Below, one piece after another: positions 1 to 9,596 of a DNA stretch of 64,000 bases. The notes beneath the pieces were generated by a model. It did no database searches, had not been told where the DNA came from, and saw nothing but the letters and a program-made list of their open reading frames with translations. The stretch covers positions 148,807-212,806 of the forward strand of contig NZ_JAWMQR010000007.1 of the NCBI RefSeq assembly GCF_033283405.1, in the 5' to 3' direction. The translations under genes and the position numbers were made by a program. How positions within the stretch are numbered: the stretch's first letter is position 1; each line of letters opens with the position of its first letter. This DNA is from Halioxenophilus sp. WMMB6. Lineage in GTDB: Bacteria; Pseudomonadota; Gammaproteobacteria; Pseudomonadales; Cellvibrionaceae.

Positions 1-407
1 GCTCCAGCTTCTGCGCGGCCTCCAGGTAGTGGCGCTCCAACCGGCGGGTGAGAGGGTCGCGTACCAGCGCCATGCAGACGCCGTCGAGGTCTTGAATCAT
101 CAGCCAGGGACGGCCGCTGTGGAGCCCGGTTAACAGGGTTTTGTGGTCGGTGCTGAATATCTGCTTAGCCAGAAAAACCAAAAGAGAGTGCCTTTTTGTG
201 CCGCCAAAAAGTTAGAGATAGGGGCGGTAGGGGGTGATATCAATCGGGATTGCCCGAAAACCTCTGCCGACTGGGGCAGAGATTGCGGCGAAATTGAGCG
301 GGCGCAGGGGCGCTATTGGCGGGAATGGCTTGTTTAGCCTGGCCAGTAAAGCAGGCCAGTAAAGCAGGCCGGCAAAGCCTACGGGAACACCTTGTGGGTC
401 AGTGCCT

Positions 408-698
408 TTAGCGAATGGGGCGGCCGTTGTCGTCGAATTGCAGGTGCTCAACGTCGCCATCTTCATTGGTGATTTCGGCGCACTCTAAAACACCGCTGTC
501 GCGATAGCGGTAGCGGTGGTCGAGATCGACCTCGCCGTAGACAATCCGTTGGCAGTGCACCAGGCGGTCCTGTTCGTCGTAGGTACCGACAAAGTAGGTA
601 TTGCGGTTATGCTGGGCCTCGCTGTCGATCTCGCCCACCAGTTTCAGGGGCAGGGCGACACCGGTATAGCTGGTGTACATGCGGGTGGATTGGGACAT
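408..698 (-). CDS. hypothetical protein (start uncertain: TTG at 731 or ATG at 698/680)
   Basis: ORF in the six-frame track. No recognisable motif and no clear Shine-Dalgarno sequence. Acidic Asp/Glu-rich C-terminus. Confidence 0.3.
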   Translation of the reverse strand: MSQSTRMYTSYTGVALPLKLVGEIDSEAQHNRNTYFVGTYDEQDRLVHCQRIVYGEVDLDHRYRYRDSGVLECAEITNEDGDVEHLQFDDNGRPIR

Positions 699-843
699 GG
701 CGCTAAATACCAGAGTGCTGTGTGTTACCAAATAGCAGCGTGAGCGGTGGCTGCCGCGAAAGAAAGGCCATTCTAAATGTGTGGTTTAATATGGCAAGCA
801 AAAACCCTGCGCCAGTTGGTCAAAATAAGAGTGGAGATTCACC

Positions 844-1596
844 ATGCCAACAACCCCATCGGTACTCTGTGAGCTGGACAACGGCCTCTGCCGCCTCACC
901 CTCAACCGGCCGGAGAAGTTGAACGCCCTCACTTTGGGTATGTTTCAGGAGATCAACGAGTACCTCGACGGTCTCGACTACAGCGCTGTCGGCTGCCTGC
1001 TGCTGAGTGGTGCCGGCCGCTCCTTTTGCGCCGGCCACGACCTCGACAGCCTGGCCGCGGGTGAGGAGGCGGGCCATGCCGAGCGGTTTGAGAACGGTCT
1101 GGTCGAGCGCCTGGCCAATCTGCCGTTTCCAGTGGTGGCCAGTGTCCGCGGCCACTGTTATACCGGTGGCCTGGAGTTGGTGCTGGCGGCGGACCTGATT
1201 ATCGCCGCCGACAACGCCAAGTTCGCCGATACCCACGCCAAGTTTGACCTGGTACCTATCTGGGGGCTAACCCAGCGACTGCCCCGGCGGGTGGGCATGG
1301 CCAAAGCGCGGGAGATGATGTTTGCCTCGCGCACCTACAGTGGTGCGCAGGCAGAGGCGATGGGGCTGGCCAACCAGTCAGTGCCCGAGGCTGAGCTGGA
1401 TGAGGCCGTGGTGGCTCTGTGCCGGGATATTCTGGCCAACAGCCGCCGCTCCAACCGCGCCATTAAGAAGCTGCTGCACGATACCGACGGCTTGAATCTC
1501 GCCGCCGGCAACGCCTGGGAACTGCACCACAGCGAGGGCCACGGCCCCGGCTTTGCCGAGGTGATCCGCGCCAAGCGCGCCCAGCAAAAATCGTGA
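844..1596 (+). CDS. enoyl-CoA hydratase/isomerase (crotonase) family protein
   Basis: N-terminal LNRPEKLNAL...GAGRSFCAGHDL oxyanion-hole motif typical of crotonase fold. GGAGA 6 nt upstream of ATG 844. Confidence 0.85.
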   Translation: MPTTPSVLCELDNGLCRLTLNRPEKLNALTLGMFQEINEYLDGLDYSAVGCLLLSGAGRSFCAGHDLDSLAAGEEAGHAERFENGLVERLANLPFPVVASVRGHCYTGGLELVLAADLIIAADNAKFADTHAKFDLVPIWGLTQRLPRRVGMAKAREMMFASRTYSGAQAEAMGLANQSVPEAELDEAVVALCRDILANSRRSNRAIKKLLHDTDGLNLAAGNAWELHHSEGHGPGFAEVIRAKRAQQKS

Positions 1597-1697
1597 GTGG
1601 CACAGCCGGCAGCGATTGCCGCCGGCACACTGTTTGCCTTTGTCTCTGTTTCTGCCGCTGGCAGTGATTAAACCCGCAACCCACAGAGAAGCGCTTC

Positions 1698-3104
1698 ATG
1701 GCCGCCTACCACTTTACCCTGGGCGATAAACGCTACCGCTTTCACAGCCTGGCCGAGCTGATGGCCAAGGCGACACCACTGCGCTCCGGTGATCAACTGG
1801 CCGGGGTCGCCGCCGCCACCGCCGAGGAGCGGGTGGTGGCGCAGATGGCACTGGCGGAACTGCCGCTGGCCACCTTCCTTAACGACCTGCTGATCCCCTA
1901 CGAGCAGGATGAAGTCACCCGCCTGATCATCGACGAACACAACGCCTCCGCCTTTGCCGCCATCGCCCATCTGACGGTGGGGGACTTTCGCAACTGGCTG
2001 TTGAGTGAGGCGGCCAGCAGCGAGGTGCTGGCGGCAGTGGCGCCGGGTATTACCCCCGAGATGGCGGCGGCGGTGAGCAAGCTGATGCGCAATCAGGATC
2101 TGATTCTGGTGGCGAAAAAGTGCCGGGTAGTGACCGCCTTCCGCTCCACCATCGGCCTGCCCGGGCGCTTCGCCACCCGCCTGCAACCCAATCACCCCAC
2201 CGACGACAGCACCGGCATTGCCGCCTCCATTCTGGATGGCCTGCTCTATGGCAACGGCGACGCGGTGATCGGCATCAACCCGGCCACCGACAATGTGCGC
2301 CAGTGCAAGCAGCTGCTGCAGATGCTGAACGACGTCATCGAAACCTACGCCATTCCCACTCAATCCTGTGTGCTCACGCACGTTACCAACACCCTGGAGG
2401 CGATGGCGCAGGGGGCGCCGGTGGACCTGGTGTTTCAGTCCATAGGCGGCACCGAGGCCACCAACCGCAGCTTTGGTATCGACCTGGCGCTGCTGGCCGA
2501 GGCTGAGGCTGCCGCCCTGGCGCTTAAGCGCGGGACCGTCGGGCAGAATGTGATGTATTTTGAGACTGGCCAGGGCAGTGCCCTCTCGGCCAATGGCCAC
2601 CACGGCCTCGACCAACAAACCTGCGAGGCCCGCGCCTACGCGGTGGCGCGCAAGTTCAAGCCGCTGCTGGTTAATACCGTGGTTGGTTTTATCGGGCCGG
2701 AGTACCTGTTCGATGGCAAGCAGATCACCCGCGCCGGGCTCGAGGATCACTTCTGCGGCAAGTTGCTGGGGCTGCCGATGGGGGTGGATGTCTGCTACAC
2801 CAACCACGCCCAGGCCGACCAGAACGATATGGATAACCTGCTGACGCTGCTGGCGGTGGCGGGCTGCAATTTCATTATGGGTATCCCCGGCTCCGACGAC
2901 ATTATGCTCAACTACCAGACCACCTCCTTCCACGATGCCCTCTACGTACGCGAGGTGCTGGGCCTGCAACCGGCGCCGGAATTCGCCGAATGGCTGGAGC
3001 GCCAGGGTATCTTTGCCGAGGGCGGCACCCACCTGGCCAAGGGGCTGCCCGGCGCTTTTGCCCAGGCGCTCAACCATATTCCAAAACCCGACGAGGCCCA
3101 CTAA
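1698..3104 (+). CDS. eutB: ethanolamine ammonia-lyase large (heavy) subunit
   Basis: 468 aa. Full-length similarity pattern to EutB ([15 protein letters not shown]..., conserved TIM-barrel regions), from established knowledge of EutB. Stop overlaps the eutC start (TAATG). Confidence 0.92.
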   Translation: MAAYHFTLGDKRYRFHSLAELMAKATPLRSGDQLAGVAAATAEERVVAQMALAELPLATFLNDLLIPYEQDEVTRLIIDEHNASAFAAIAHLTVGDFRNWLLSEAASSEVLAAVAPGITPEMAAAVSKLMRNQDLILVAKKCRVVTAFRSTIGLPGRFATRLQPNHPTDDSTGIAASILDGLLYGNGDAVIGINPATDNVRQCKQLLQMLNDVIETYAIPTQSCVLTHVTNTLEAMAQGAPVDLVFQSIGGTEATNRSFGIDLALLAEAEAAALALKRGTVGQNVMYFETGQGSALSANGHHGLDQQTCEARAYAVARKFKPLLVNTVVGFIGPEYLFDGKQITRAGLEDHFCGKLLGLPMGVDVCYTNHAQADQNDMDNLLTLLAVAGCNFIMGIPGSDDIMLNYQTTSFHDALYVREVLGLQPAPEFAEWLERQGIFAEGGTHLAKGLPGAFAQALNHIPKPDEAH

Positions 3105-3940
3105 TGGCGGATCAGGATCAACCCCCGGTCATCAATAACCCCTGGAGCAAACTGCGCGCCTTTACCGCCGCCCGCATCGCTTTGGGGCGGGCCGGCAGCA
3201 GCCTGCCCACCGAGCCACTGTTGGCCTTTCAGCTGGCCCACGCTCAGGCGCAGGATGCGGTGCACCTGCCACTGAATGTGGCGCAACTGGCGGCCGAGCT
3301 GGCGTCGCTCGGCTGGGGTGAGGCCATCGCGCTGCACAGCCAGGCCCAGGACCGGCGCCACTATCTGCAACGGCCGGACCTCGGCCGGCGCCTGGAGCAA
3401 GCCTCTTCTGCCAGGCTGCGGGCACAGGTGGGTGTTGACCAGGATGCATCGGCCAGGCCAGAGGTCGATCTGGCCATCGCTGTGGTCGATGGTCTCTCCT
3501 CGCTGGCGGTGCAGAGCAACACCCTGCCGTTTTTACAGGCACTTAAGGGCTGCCTGGCGGCCGACGCTCAGCCCTGGTCACTGGCGCCGCTGACCATTGT
3601 CGAGCAGGGGCGGGTAGCCATAGGTGATGAGATCGGCGAACTACTCAATGCCCGGGCAGTGGTGGTGCTGGTGGGTGAACGGCCGGGGTTGAGTTCTCCC
3701 GACAGCCTGGGCCTCTACTACACCTGGCGCCCCCGGCCGGGTCGCACCGATGCCGAGCGCAACTGCATCTCCAATATTCGCCCCCAGGGGCTGAGCTACC
3801 AAGAGGCGGCCAACCGCCTGCGTTACCTGCTGAACGAGTCCTGCCGCCTGCAACTCTCCGGCGTCAACCTGAAAGACCGTAGTGATGATCAGGTTATAGA
3901 GCACCAGGGTGGAGCAAAAAACTTTCTCCTGCCTCAGTAA
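3104..3940 (+). CDS. eutC: ethanolamine ammonia-lyase small (light) subunit
   Basis: ATG at 3104 overlaps the eutB stop. [36 protein letters not shown] is the typical EutC N-terminus. The upstream in-frame extension to 2990 is rejected as a shadow of eutB. Confidence 0.88.
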   Translation: MADQDQPPVINNPWSKLRAFTAARIALGRAGSSLPTEPLLAFQLAHAQAQDAVHLPLNVAQLAAELASLGWGEAIALHSQAQDRRHYLQRPDLGRRLEQASSARLRAQVGVDQDASARPEVDLAIAVVDGLSSLAVQSNTLPFLQALKGCLAADAQPWSLAPLTIVEQGRVAIGDEIGELLNARAVVVLVGERPGLSSPDSLGLYYTWRPRPGRTDAERNCISNIRPQGLSYQEAANRLRYLLNESCRLQLSGVNLKDRSDDQVIEHQGGAKNFLLPQ

Positions 3941-4166
3941 CGGCACTTTTTTCGTCGCCAGGCCAGTCAGCATCTCCAGAAAAACCAAATTGAACCGGTT
4001 AAAAAGGCGGAAATTGCCTTTATAAGCGGCTATTTGGCTCAATTCGGCCTTTTTCTTATGAATTTTTTGTGACGGCGGGGGCTATCCGCCTTGGTGCATA
4101 AGGCTTAGCTAATTCGGGGCACAAAACTTGCTCAAGGCGTCAGGATTTGGGACTAGGGATAAGTAG

Positions 4167-4673
4167 ATGCCGCGCTTTATTGTGGGTTATGTGCGGGTGG
4201 TGGATGCCATCAACCGCCGTATAGGCCGCCTGATGATGTATGGCCTGTTTGTCATGATGGCCATTCTGCTCTGGTCTTCCATCTCCAAAACCTTCTTTAT
4301 GCCCTCCCTGTGGACGCTGGAGTCAGCCCAGTTTGCCATGGTGGCCTACTACATTTTGGGCGGCGCCTACGCCATTCAGCTGGGTGCCAATGTGCGCATG
4401 GACCTCTTTTATCACAGCTGGTCTCTGCGCCGTAAAGCCTGGTTCGATGCCTTTACCATCCTCTTTATGATCTTCTTTCTGGGGGTGCTGCTCTATGGCG
4501 GCGTGGAGAGCACCCTCTATTCGCTGGAGTACAACCAGCGCAGCCGCACCGCCTGGCGGCCCTATCTGTGGCCCATCAAAGCGGTGATGTGTATCGGCTT
4601 TGTGTTGATGCTGCTGCAGGCCTTGTCGGAGCTGTTTAAAGATGTTGCCCAACTGCGTGGGGAGGAGTGCTGA
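4167..4673 (+). CDS. dctQ: TRAP transporter small permease (DctQ family)
   Basis: 168 aa with 4 predicted TM segments. The Q-M-P gene order with M and P immediately downstream fits the TRAP architecture. Confidence 0.82.
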   Translation: MPRFIVGYVRVVDAINRRIGRLMMYGLFVMMAILLWSSISKTFFMPSLWTLESAQFAMVAYYILGGAYAIQLGANVRMDLFYHSWSLRRKAWFDAFTILFMIFFLGVLLYGGVESTLYSLEYNQRSRTAWRPYLWPIKAVMCIGFVLMLLQALSELFKDVAQLRGEEC

Positions 4674-5995
4674 TGTCCCACGAAATGATCGCGCTGATGA
4701 TGTTTTCGTTGATGATGCTGTTGATGGTCACCGGCCAGCGGGTGTTTGCCGCCATTGGCGCCGTGGCCGCCTTCTCCGCCCTGGCATTGTGGGGCACCGG
4801 CGGCTCGGATATCCCCTTCTCGGCGGCGATGAAGCTGATGAGCTGGTACCCGCTACTGACGCTGCCCATGTTTATCTTTATGGGCTATGTACTGTCGGAG
4901 TCGCGCATTGCCGATGACCTCTACCAGATGTTCCATGTCTGGATGGGGCCGGTGCCGGGCGGCCTGGCCATCGGTACTATCGCCTTGATGGTACTGGTCT
5001 CGGCCATGAATGGCCTGTCGGTGGCGGGCATGGCCATTGGCGCCACCATTGCCCTGCCGGAGCTGTTGCGCCGGGGTTACGACAAGAAAATGGTGACCGG
5101 TGTGGTGCAGGCCGGCTCCTCACTGGGAATTCTGGTACCGCCCTCGGTGGTGCTCGTGCTCTACGCCATGATTGCCCGCCAGCCGGTGGGCCAGCTGTGG
5201 CTGGCGGGGGTGATGCCCGGGCTGGTGATGGCGGCCCTGTTTATCGTCTACATCGCCATTCGCTGCCGGCTGCAGCCGAGCCTGGGGCCGGTGCTGCCCA
5301 AGGCCGAGCGCCAGGTGAGCCTGGCGGAGAAACTGCGCCTGCTGCGTGCCGGCCTGCTGCCCATCGTTATTTTTGCGGTGATGATGGTGCCTTTTGTCAA
5401 CGGCTGGACCAGCCTGGTGGAGAGCTCCGCCCTGGGTGCCATCGCCGCGCTGATTGCCGCTTTTCTTAAACGCCGCCTCACCCTGCCGGTGTTCGAAAAC
5501 TCGGTGCGCCAGACCCTGGGCATCTCCTGCATGTTTATGTGGATCATTCTGGCGGCGCTGGGTTTTGGAGCGGTGTTTGATGGCTTGGGGGCGGTGAAGG
5601 CGATCGATCACCTCTTTACCGATCAACTCGGACTCAACCCGTGGATGATCCTGATTCTGATGCAGCTCTCGTTTCTGATTATGGGCACCTTCCTGGACGA
5701 CACCGCCATGCTGGTGATCGTCGCTCCGCTCTACGTGCCGTTGGTGCAGCACCTGGGTTTCGACCTGATCTGGTATGGCGTGCTCTACACCATCACCACC
5801 CAGGTGGCCTACATGACGCCACCGTTTGGCTACAACCTGTTTTTAATGAGGGCCATGGCGCCGCCGGAGATCAGCCTGCGCGACATCTATGGCTCTATCT
5901 GGCCGTTTGTATCGGTGATGATCCTGGCTCTGGTGTTGGTGATGCTCTTCCCGCAAATGGCGCTCTGGTTACCGGAGAGTGTCTACGGCAAATAA
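4673..5995 (+). CDS. dctM: TRAP transporter large permease (DctM family)
   Basis: About 440 aa polytopic membrane protein. ATG at 4673 overlaps the dctQ stop (TGATG) with GAGGAG upstream. DctM-like sequence throughout. Confidence 0.88.
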   Translation: MSHEMIALMMFSLMMLLMVTGQRVFAAIGAVAAFSALALWGTGGSDIPFSAAMKLMSWYPLLTLPMFIFMGYVLSESRIADDLYQMFHVWMGPVPGGLAIGTIALMVLVSAMNGLSVAGMAIGATIALPELLRRGYDKKMVTGVVQAGSSLGILVPPSVVLVLYAMIARQPVGQLWLAGVMPGLVMAALFIVYIAIRCRLQPSLGPVLPKAERQVSLAEKLRLLRAGLLPIVIFAVMMVPFVNGWTSLVESSALGAIAALIAAFLKRRLTLPVFENSVRQTLGISCMFMWIILAALGFGAVFDGLGAVKAIDHLFTDQLGLNPWMILILMQLSFLIMGTFLDDTAMLVIVAPLYVPLVQHLGFDLIWYGVLYTITTQVAYMTPPFGYNLFLMRAMAPPEISLRDIYGSIWPFVSVMILALVLVMLFPQMALWLPESVYGK

Positions 5996-6077
5996 GTGTC
6001 TACGGCAAATAATCGACTGTGAGTGAAATAGATTCCGCAAGTACCGCGCAATTCATACAAACACAAGGAGAACAACC

Positions 6078-7118
6078 ATGAAGTCACGACGTAGCTTTTT
6101 AACCGGTGCCGCCGCCCTGGCCGGTACCGCCGCCCTAACACCGCCCAAACTGTTTGCCGCCAAGCCGAAGATCACCTGGCGGATGCAGACCTACGCCGGT
6201 CCGGCCCTGGCCGAGCATGTGATTAAACCGGCGATTGAGAGCTTCAATAAAATTGCCGGCGAAGAGATGCAGATCGAACTCTATTTTGCCGACCAGCTGG
6301 TCCCCACCGGTGAGCTGTTCCGCGCTCTGCAGAAGGGAACCCTGGATGCGGTGCAGTCGGACGACGACTCCATGGCCTCACCTACCGAAGTGACCGTGTT
6401 TGGTGGCTACTTCCCGTTTGCCAGCCGCTATTCGCTGGATGTGCCGGTGCTGTTCAACCAGTACGGACTGAAAGAGATCTGGGAGGAGGAGTACGCCAAG
6501 GTGGGTGTTAAACACATCTCGGCCGGCTCCTGGGATCCGTGCCACTTCGCTACCAAAAAGCCGGTCAACAGCCTCAAGGATCTGAAAGGGCTGCGCGTGT
6601 TCACCTTCCCCACCGCTGGCCGCTTTATGGCCCAGTTTGGCGTGGTGCCCGTCTCCCTGCCCTGGGAGGATGTGGAGGTGGCGGTACAGACCGGTGAGCT
6701 GGATGGCATTGCCTGGTCGGGTATTACCGAGGATTACACCGTCGGCTGGGCCAATGTCACCGACTACTTTCTTACCAACAACATCTCCGGTGCCTGGATT
6801 GGCTCCTTCTTTGCCAACATGGAGCGCTGGAACGAACTGCCCGACAAAATGAAAGAGCTGCTTAAACTCACCTTCGACAGCTCTCACTACTATCGCCAGT
6901 GGTGGTACTGGGGTGGCGAGGCCAAGCTGCGTGTCGATGGTACCAAGATGAAGTTGACCAGCATCCCCGATGCCGAGTGGGATCAGGTGGAGTCGGCGGC
7001 ACACACCTTCTGGGATGAGATTGCCAAGGAGTCGGAGATTAAGGCCAAGGTGGTGAAAATCTTCAAGCAGTACAACGAGGATATGGCCAAGGCCGGGCGG
7101 CCCTATCGCTACAGCTAA
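6078..7118 (+). CDS. dctP: TRAP transporter substrate-binding protein (DctP-type), Tat/Sec signal peptide
   Basis: AAGGAGA RBS. N-terminal MKSRRSFLTGAAALAGTAALT twin-arginine-like signal. Periplasmic binding protein-like sequence directly after dctQM. Confidence 0.82.
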   Translation: MKSRRSFLTGAAALAGTAALTPPKLFAAKPKITWRMQTYAGPALAEHVIKPAIESFNKIAGEEMQIELYFADQLVPTGELFRALQKGTLDAVQSDDDSMASPTEVTVFGGYFPFASRYSLDVPVLFNQYGLKEIWEEEYAKVGVKHISAGSWDPCHFATKKPVNSLKDLKGLRVFTFPTAGRFMAQFGVVPVSLPWEDVEVAVQTGELDGIAWSGITEDYTVGWANVTDYFLTNNISGAWIGSFFANMERWNELPDKMKELLKLTFDSSHYYRQWWYWGGEAKLRVDGTKMKLTSIPDAEWDQVESAAHTFWDEIAKESEIKAKVVKIFKQYNEDMAKAGRPYRYS

Positions 7119-7121
7119 ACC

Positions 7122-7149
7122 AAAAATGGCGCCTTAGGGCGCCATTTTT
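7122..7149. terminator. bidirectional rho-independent terminator (aaaaatggcgcc-ttag-ggcgccattttt)
   Basis: Perfect 12-bp palindrome with A-run and T-run flanks, between convergent dctP (+) and the 7171..7932 gene (-). Confidence 0.8.
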
Positions 7150-7170
7150 TATGGGGGAGTAGTTATCGGC

Positions 7171-7932
7171 TTACCAGTCGGAGCTGCCCCAGCCGGAATT
7201 GCTGTTGATCACCTTATTGATGTTGCGGCGCTGCTCCTCAATGGAGGGGGTCTCTTTCTCTTCCGGTTTCTTCTCCGGTGCGGCGGCGGGAGCGGGTTTG
7301 GACTCGGGTGCTTTTTTGGCCGGGGTTTCATTTACCGCCAGAGCCGCCTCCCGGGCGGCACGTGCTTCGGCCTCGGCACGGCGCTTGTCGGCGTCGGCTC
7401 TGGCCGCCAACGCCCTTTTAGTTGCATCCGCTTGGGCCATCTCGGCACGCATCTGAGCGATATGCCCTTTTTGGTAGGTGACGGCCTCGGCCGCTTTTGA
7501 CTCTTCCGCTCGCAGATTATCAATCTGTTGGGCAAGGTCCTGCTGGGCACGGGCGGCTCGGTCCAGTTCAAGTTGCGCCCGGCTGACGGTCAACTCAGCC
7601 AGTGTAAACTCGCGTGACAGTTTGCTCGCCTCGCGCTCGTTGTCAGGATTTGGCTTCTCATAATTGAGGGCGATGGCTGCCTGCATCTTGCTGCCGGTGG
7701 CTTCCATTTCGGTTTGCTTCTCGGCCAACAGTTGTTCGGCCTTGGTTACTTGGCCAGTGAGCTCAGGCATCTGCTGCTCCAGCTCGGCAATTTGCGGAGC
7801 TTTATTGCTCAGTTCCTGTTCCAACTGTTGAAGCTTGGCTTGAGCCTGATCCAAGGATTCCGCCACCGCGTGAGTTGCTAATGCGGAAGTGAAACTCAAG
7901 GCCAAAACCCATTTGAATACTGCTTTTGTCAT
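7171..7932 (-). CDS. secreted coiled-coil protein with Ala/Lys/Glu/Pro-rich C-terminal tail
   Basis: Start at internal ATG 7932 gives a classic signal peptide (MTKAVFKWVLALSFTSALATHAVA). Long heptad-like LxQLEQEL / AEL...L coiled coil. Low-complexity KKAPESKPAPAAAPEKKPEEK tail. Confidence 0.55.
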   Translation of the reverse strand: MTKAVFKWVLALSFTSALATHAVAESLDQAQAKLQQLEQELSNKAPQIAELEQQMPELTGQVTKAEQLLAEKQTEMEATGSKMQAAIALNYEKPNPDNEREASKLSREFTLAELTVSRAQLELDRAARAQQDLAQQIDNLRAEESKAAEAVTYQKGHIAQMRAEMAQADATKRALAARADADKRRAEAEARAAREAALAVNETPAKKAPESKPAPAAAPEKKPEEKETPSIEEQRRNINKVINSNSGWGSSDW

Positions 7933-8312
7933 AGGAACTGCACCGTCTATAACCAATATGAATGATAACCAGGGTAATAATGCGTGAAGTCGCACGTGTG
8001 GTAAAGAATATTAATTCTAGTGCCAATGGCGCGTTTTTTCTGGTTTATCGTAGACAAGATTAGAAATAAAGCGATATTCGGCGCGAAATGGCAGAGGAAT
8101 TGTTAAATTGCTATTTGTATAGAGTATTTGTGTGAAATTTTTATTCTTTTTTGTTTGCTGTATTAAAAAAAATATAACTGCCTGAAGAAAAAAATATTTT
8201 TTCTGAGCGTATTCGTACGTGATTTTAATACCGCAAAAAAAAATTAATGGGAGAAAATTATGTCGCTGGTTATATCTCTCATTGTTATTGCACAGAAGTT
8301 GTATTTCTGTTG

Positions 8313-8590
8313 AGTTTACCAGGCGTTTGGTTTAATTCAGGTTCAGCAATATTTTTTTAACGATCAAATTATTTGGCATTTCGGAATGGCTATTTCCAGA
8401 GCCAGGTAGTTGTGTGCCGCCTTCGTTGCTTTATTGCGTAATGCCAACAGGCTACGTCAGCTATTCAACAGAAAATCTATTCCTGTTGAATTTCTTGTTA
8501 CTGCGGTTTAATTCAAACGGAGAGGAATATTTTTTAACGGCTGAATTATTGGGTATGCCGGTTACCAATTTCCTGAGACGAACAGTTGCT
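8313..8590. repeat. two imperfect direct repeats (about 110 bp units, about 166 bp apart), each containing a 7-bp inverted repeat (TTGAATT...AATTCAA / TTGAGTT...AATTCAG)
   Basis: Shared blocks ctgttga(g/a)ttt, ggtttaattca, aatattttttaacg, aattatt(t)gg seen directly in sequence. AT-rich context upstream of the Kazal lipoprotein gene. Confidence 0.6.
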
Positions 8591-8704
8591 CTGCTGAGCG
8601 AGTTATCTTTTGCGGGATACTGGCTTACTGAACCTGAACATAACGGCTGGATGACCTCCGAGCCAAAATCCCTTTTACCTGTTTATAAGATTCTGGAGCA
8701 TGCC

Positions 8705-8971
8705 ATGCAGCGTTATCGTTTTATAATGATACTGGTCGGTTTTATTTTGACTTCCTGTCAAAGTAACACGCAATCTTTGGTAGTTGATGCGGAGGTCACC
8801 GTCACTCCTGACGCGACTGTCTGTAACGAGCCGCGGCCAGAAATCTGTACGCGGGAGTATCGCCCGGTTTGTGCTCATTTGGCTGATGGCAGCACGAGCC
8901 AATATCCGTCTGGCTGTACCGCCTGTGCCGACCCAATGGTCGATGCCTGGCTGCCGGGTGAGTGCCAATAA
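8705..8971 (+). CDS. Kazal-type serine protease inhibitor domain lipoprotein (88 aa)
   Basis: GGAG 7 nt upstream of ATG 8705. Signal peptide plus lipobox ILTSC. Mature part CNEPRPEICTREYRPVCAHLADGSTSQYPSGCTACAD...GEC has 6 Cys with Kazal spacing and matches the ovomucoid third domain ([33 protein letters not shown]). Predicted P1 is Arg (CTR|EY). The longer upstream ORF (8414) is rejected. Confidence 0.72.
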   Translation: MQRYRFIMILVGFILTSCQSNTQSLVVDAEVTVTPDATVCNEPRPEICTREYRPVCAHLADGSTSQYPSGCTACADPMVDAWLPGECQ

Positions 8972-9068
8972 GTTTACCCGGTGAAGTCGGTATCTGGCTG
9001 AATTACATTCGAGAAATGGCTGTATGACACGGCAGCGGATGGCTGGCTGCCGATCAACAACTATCCCG

Positions 9069-9596
9069 CTATTGTTCGCTGCTTGCCTCGCGTCGCTGCA
9101 GTATCGCTTGCCAAAGTTGACCGTAGGCCTCCTGACCCTGCAAATTATCTTTGCAGATGGTTATGGAGTTTTGCATTTTGACCACAAAGTTCTGTTCGGG
9201 ATGAGCTAAAGAGGATTGCATATCCTGTTGAATTGCGACATTGATACGTCGACGCAACTTGGCGCCGGCTTCGCGGGCCGGGGGAAATGCCAGCTTAAAA
9301 TCATCGTAAGAGAGATTAAACGGATAGTCCCGGCTGAACAGCGTCATATCCACTGCCAGGGCGGCGCCATTGCGCAGCTCTTTGGCTTTCTGTGAATTTT
9401 CAGGGTGCTGCTCCGCCAGGGTGTCGGCCATGATGTCGTACAGGACGGCACAGGTTGCCCAGGCTTCGGCCTGCTGCGCTTTGTTTTCGATTTGGGCAAT
9501 GGGCTTGTTGATCAGCAGATAACTGTCGATCTGCGCGTGACAGAGGGCGGGCAGGCAGAGTAAAAAAAACGGGATCAATAATTGTCGGGTGGTCAT
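9069..9596 (-). CDS. hypothetical periplasmic/secreted protein
   Basis: 175 aa with N-terminal signal peptide MTTRQLLIPFFLLCLPALCHAQ. No recognisable domain. Confidence 0.55.
   Translation of the reverse strand: MTTRQLLIPFFLLCLPALCHAQIDSYLLINKPIAQIENKAQQAEAWATCAVLYDIMADTLAEQHPENSQKAKELRNGAALAVDMTLFSRDYPFNLSYDDFKLAFPPAREAGAKLRRRINVAIQQDMQSSLAHPEQNFVVKMQNSITICKDNLQGQEAYGQLWQAILQRREASSEQ

Noticed and set aside
1-200. Partial minus-strand ORF running off the window start (…LAKQIFSTDHKTLLTGLHSGRPWLMIQDLDGVCMALVRDPLTRRLERHYLEAAQKLE) and the 14-mer tandem ggccagtaaagcag x2 at 337-372.
   Set aside because: The only in-frame start is a TTG with no RBS, and the frame hits a stop at 203-205. It is too fragmentary to call. 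The 14-mer duplication is too short to interpret.
1668-3101. 477-aa antisense ORF opposite eutB, and many similar long antisense or alternative-frame ORFs inside confident genes (e.g. 5120..5752, 6378..7004, 15084..15596, 36255..37040, 49528..50088, 60666..61277).
   Set aside because: The translations are Gly/Arg/Ala/Pro-rich and low-complexity, with no motifs. They exactly shadow well-supported genes, as expected for 55-60 % GC DNA.
2990-3103. Upstream in-frame extension of eutC to 2990.
   Set aside because: It lies entirely inside eutB in another frame. ATG 3104 overlapping the eutB stop (TAATG) gives the conserved EutC N-terminus.
8414-8704. 97-codon N-terminal extension of the Kazal lipoprotein ORF.
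   Set aside because: AT-rich with no signal-peptide character, and it spans the direct-repeat region. The internal ATG 8705 has a GGAG RBS and yields a proper signal peptide with a lipobox.
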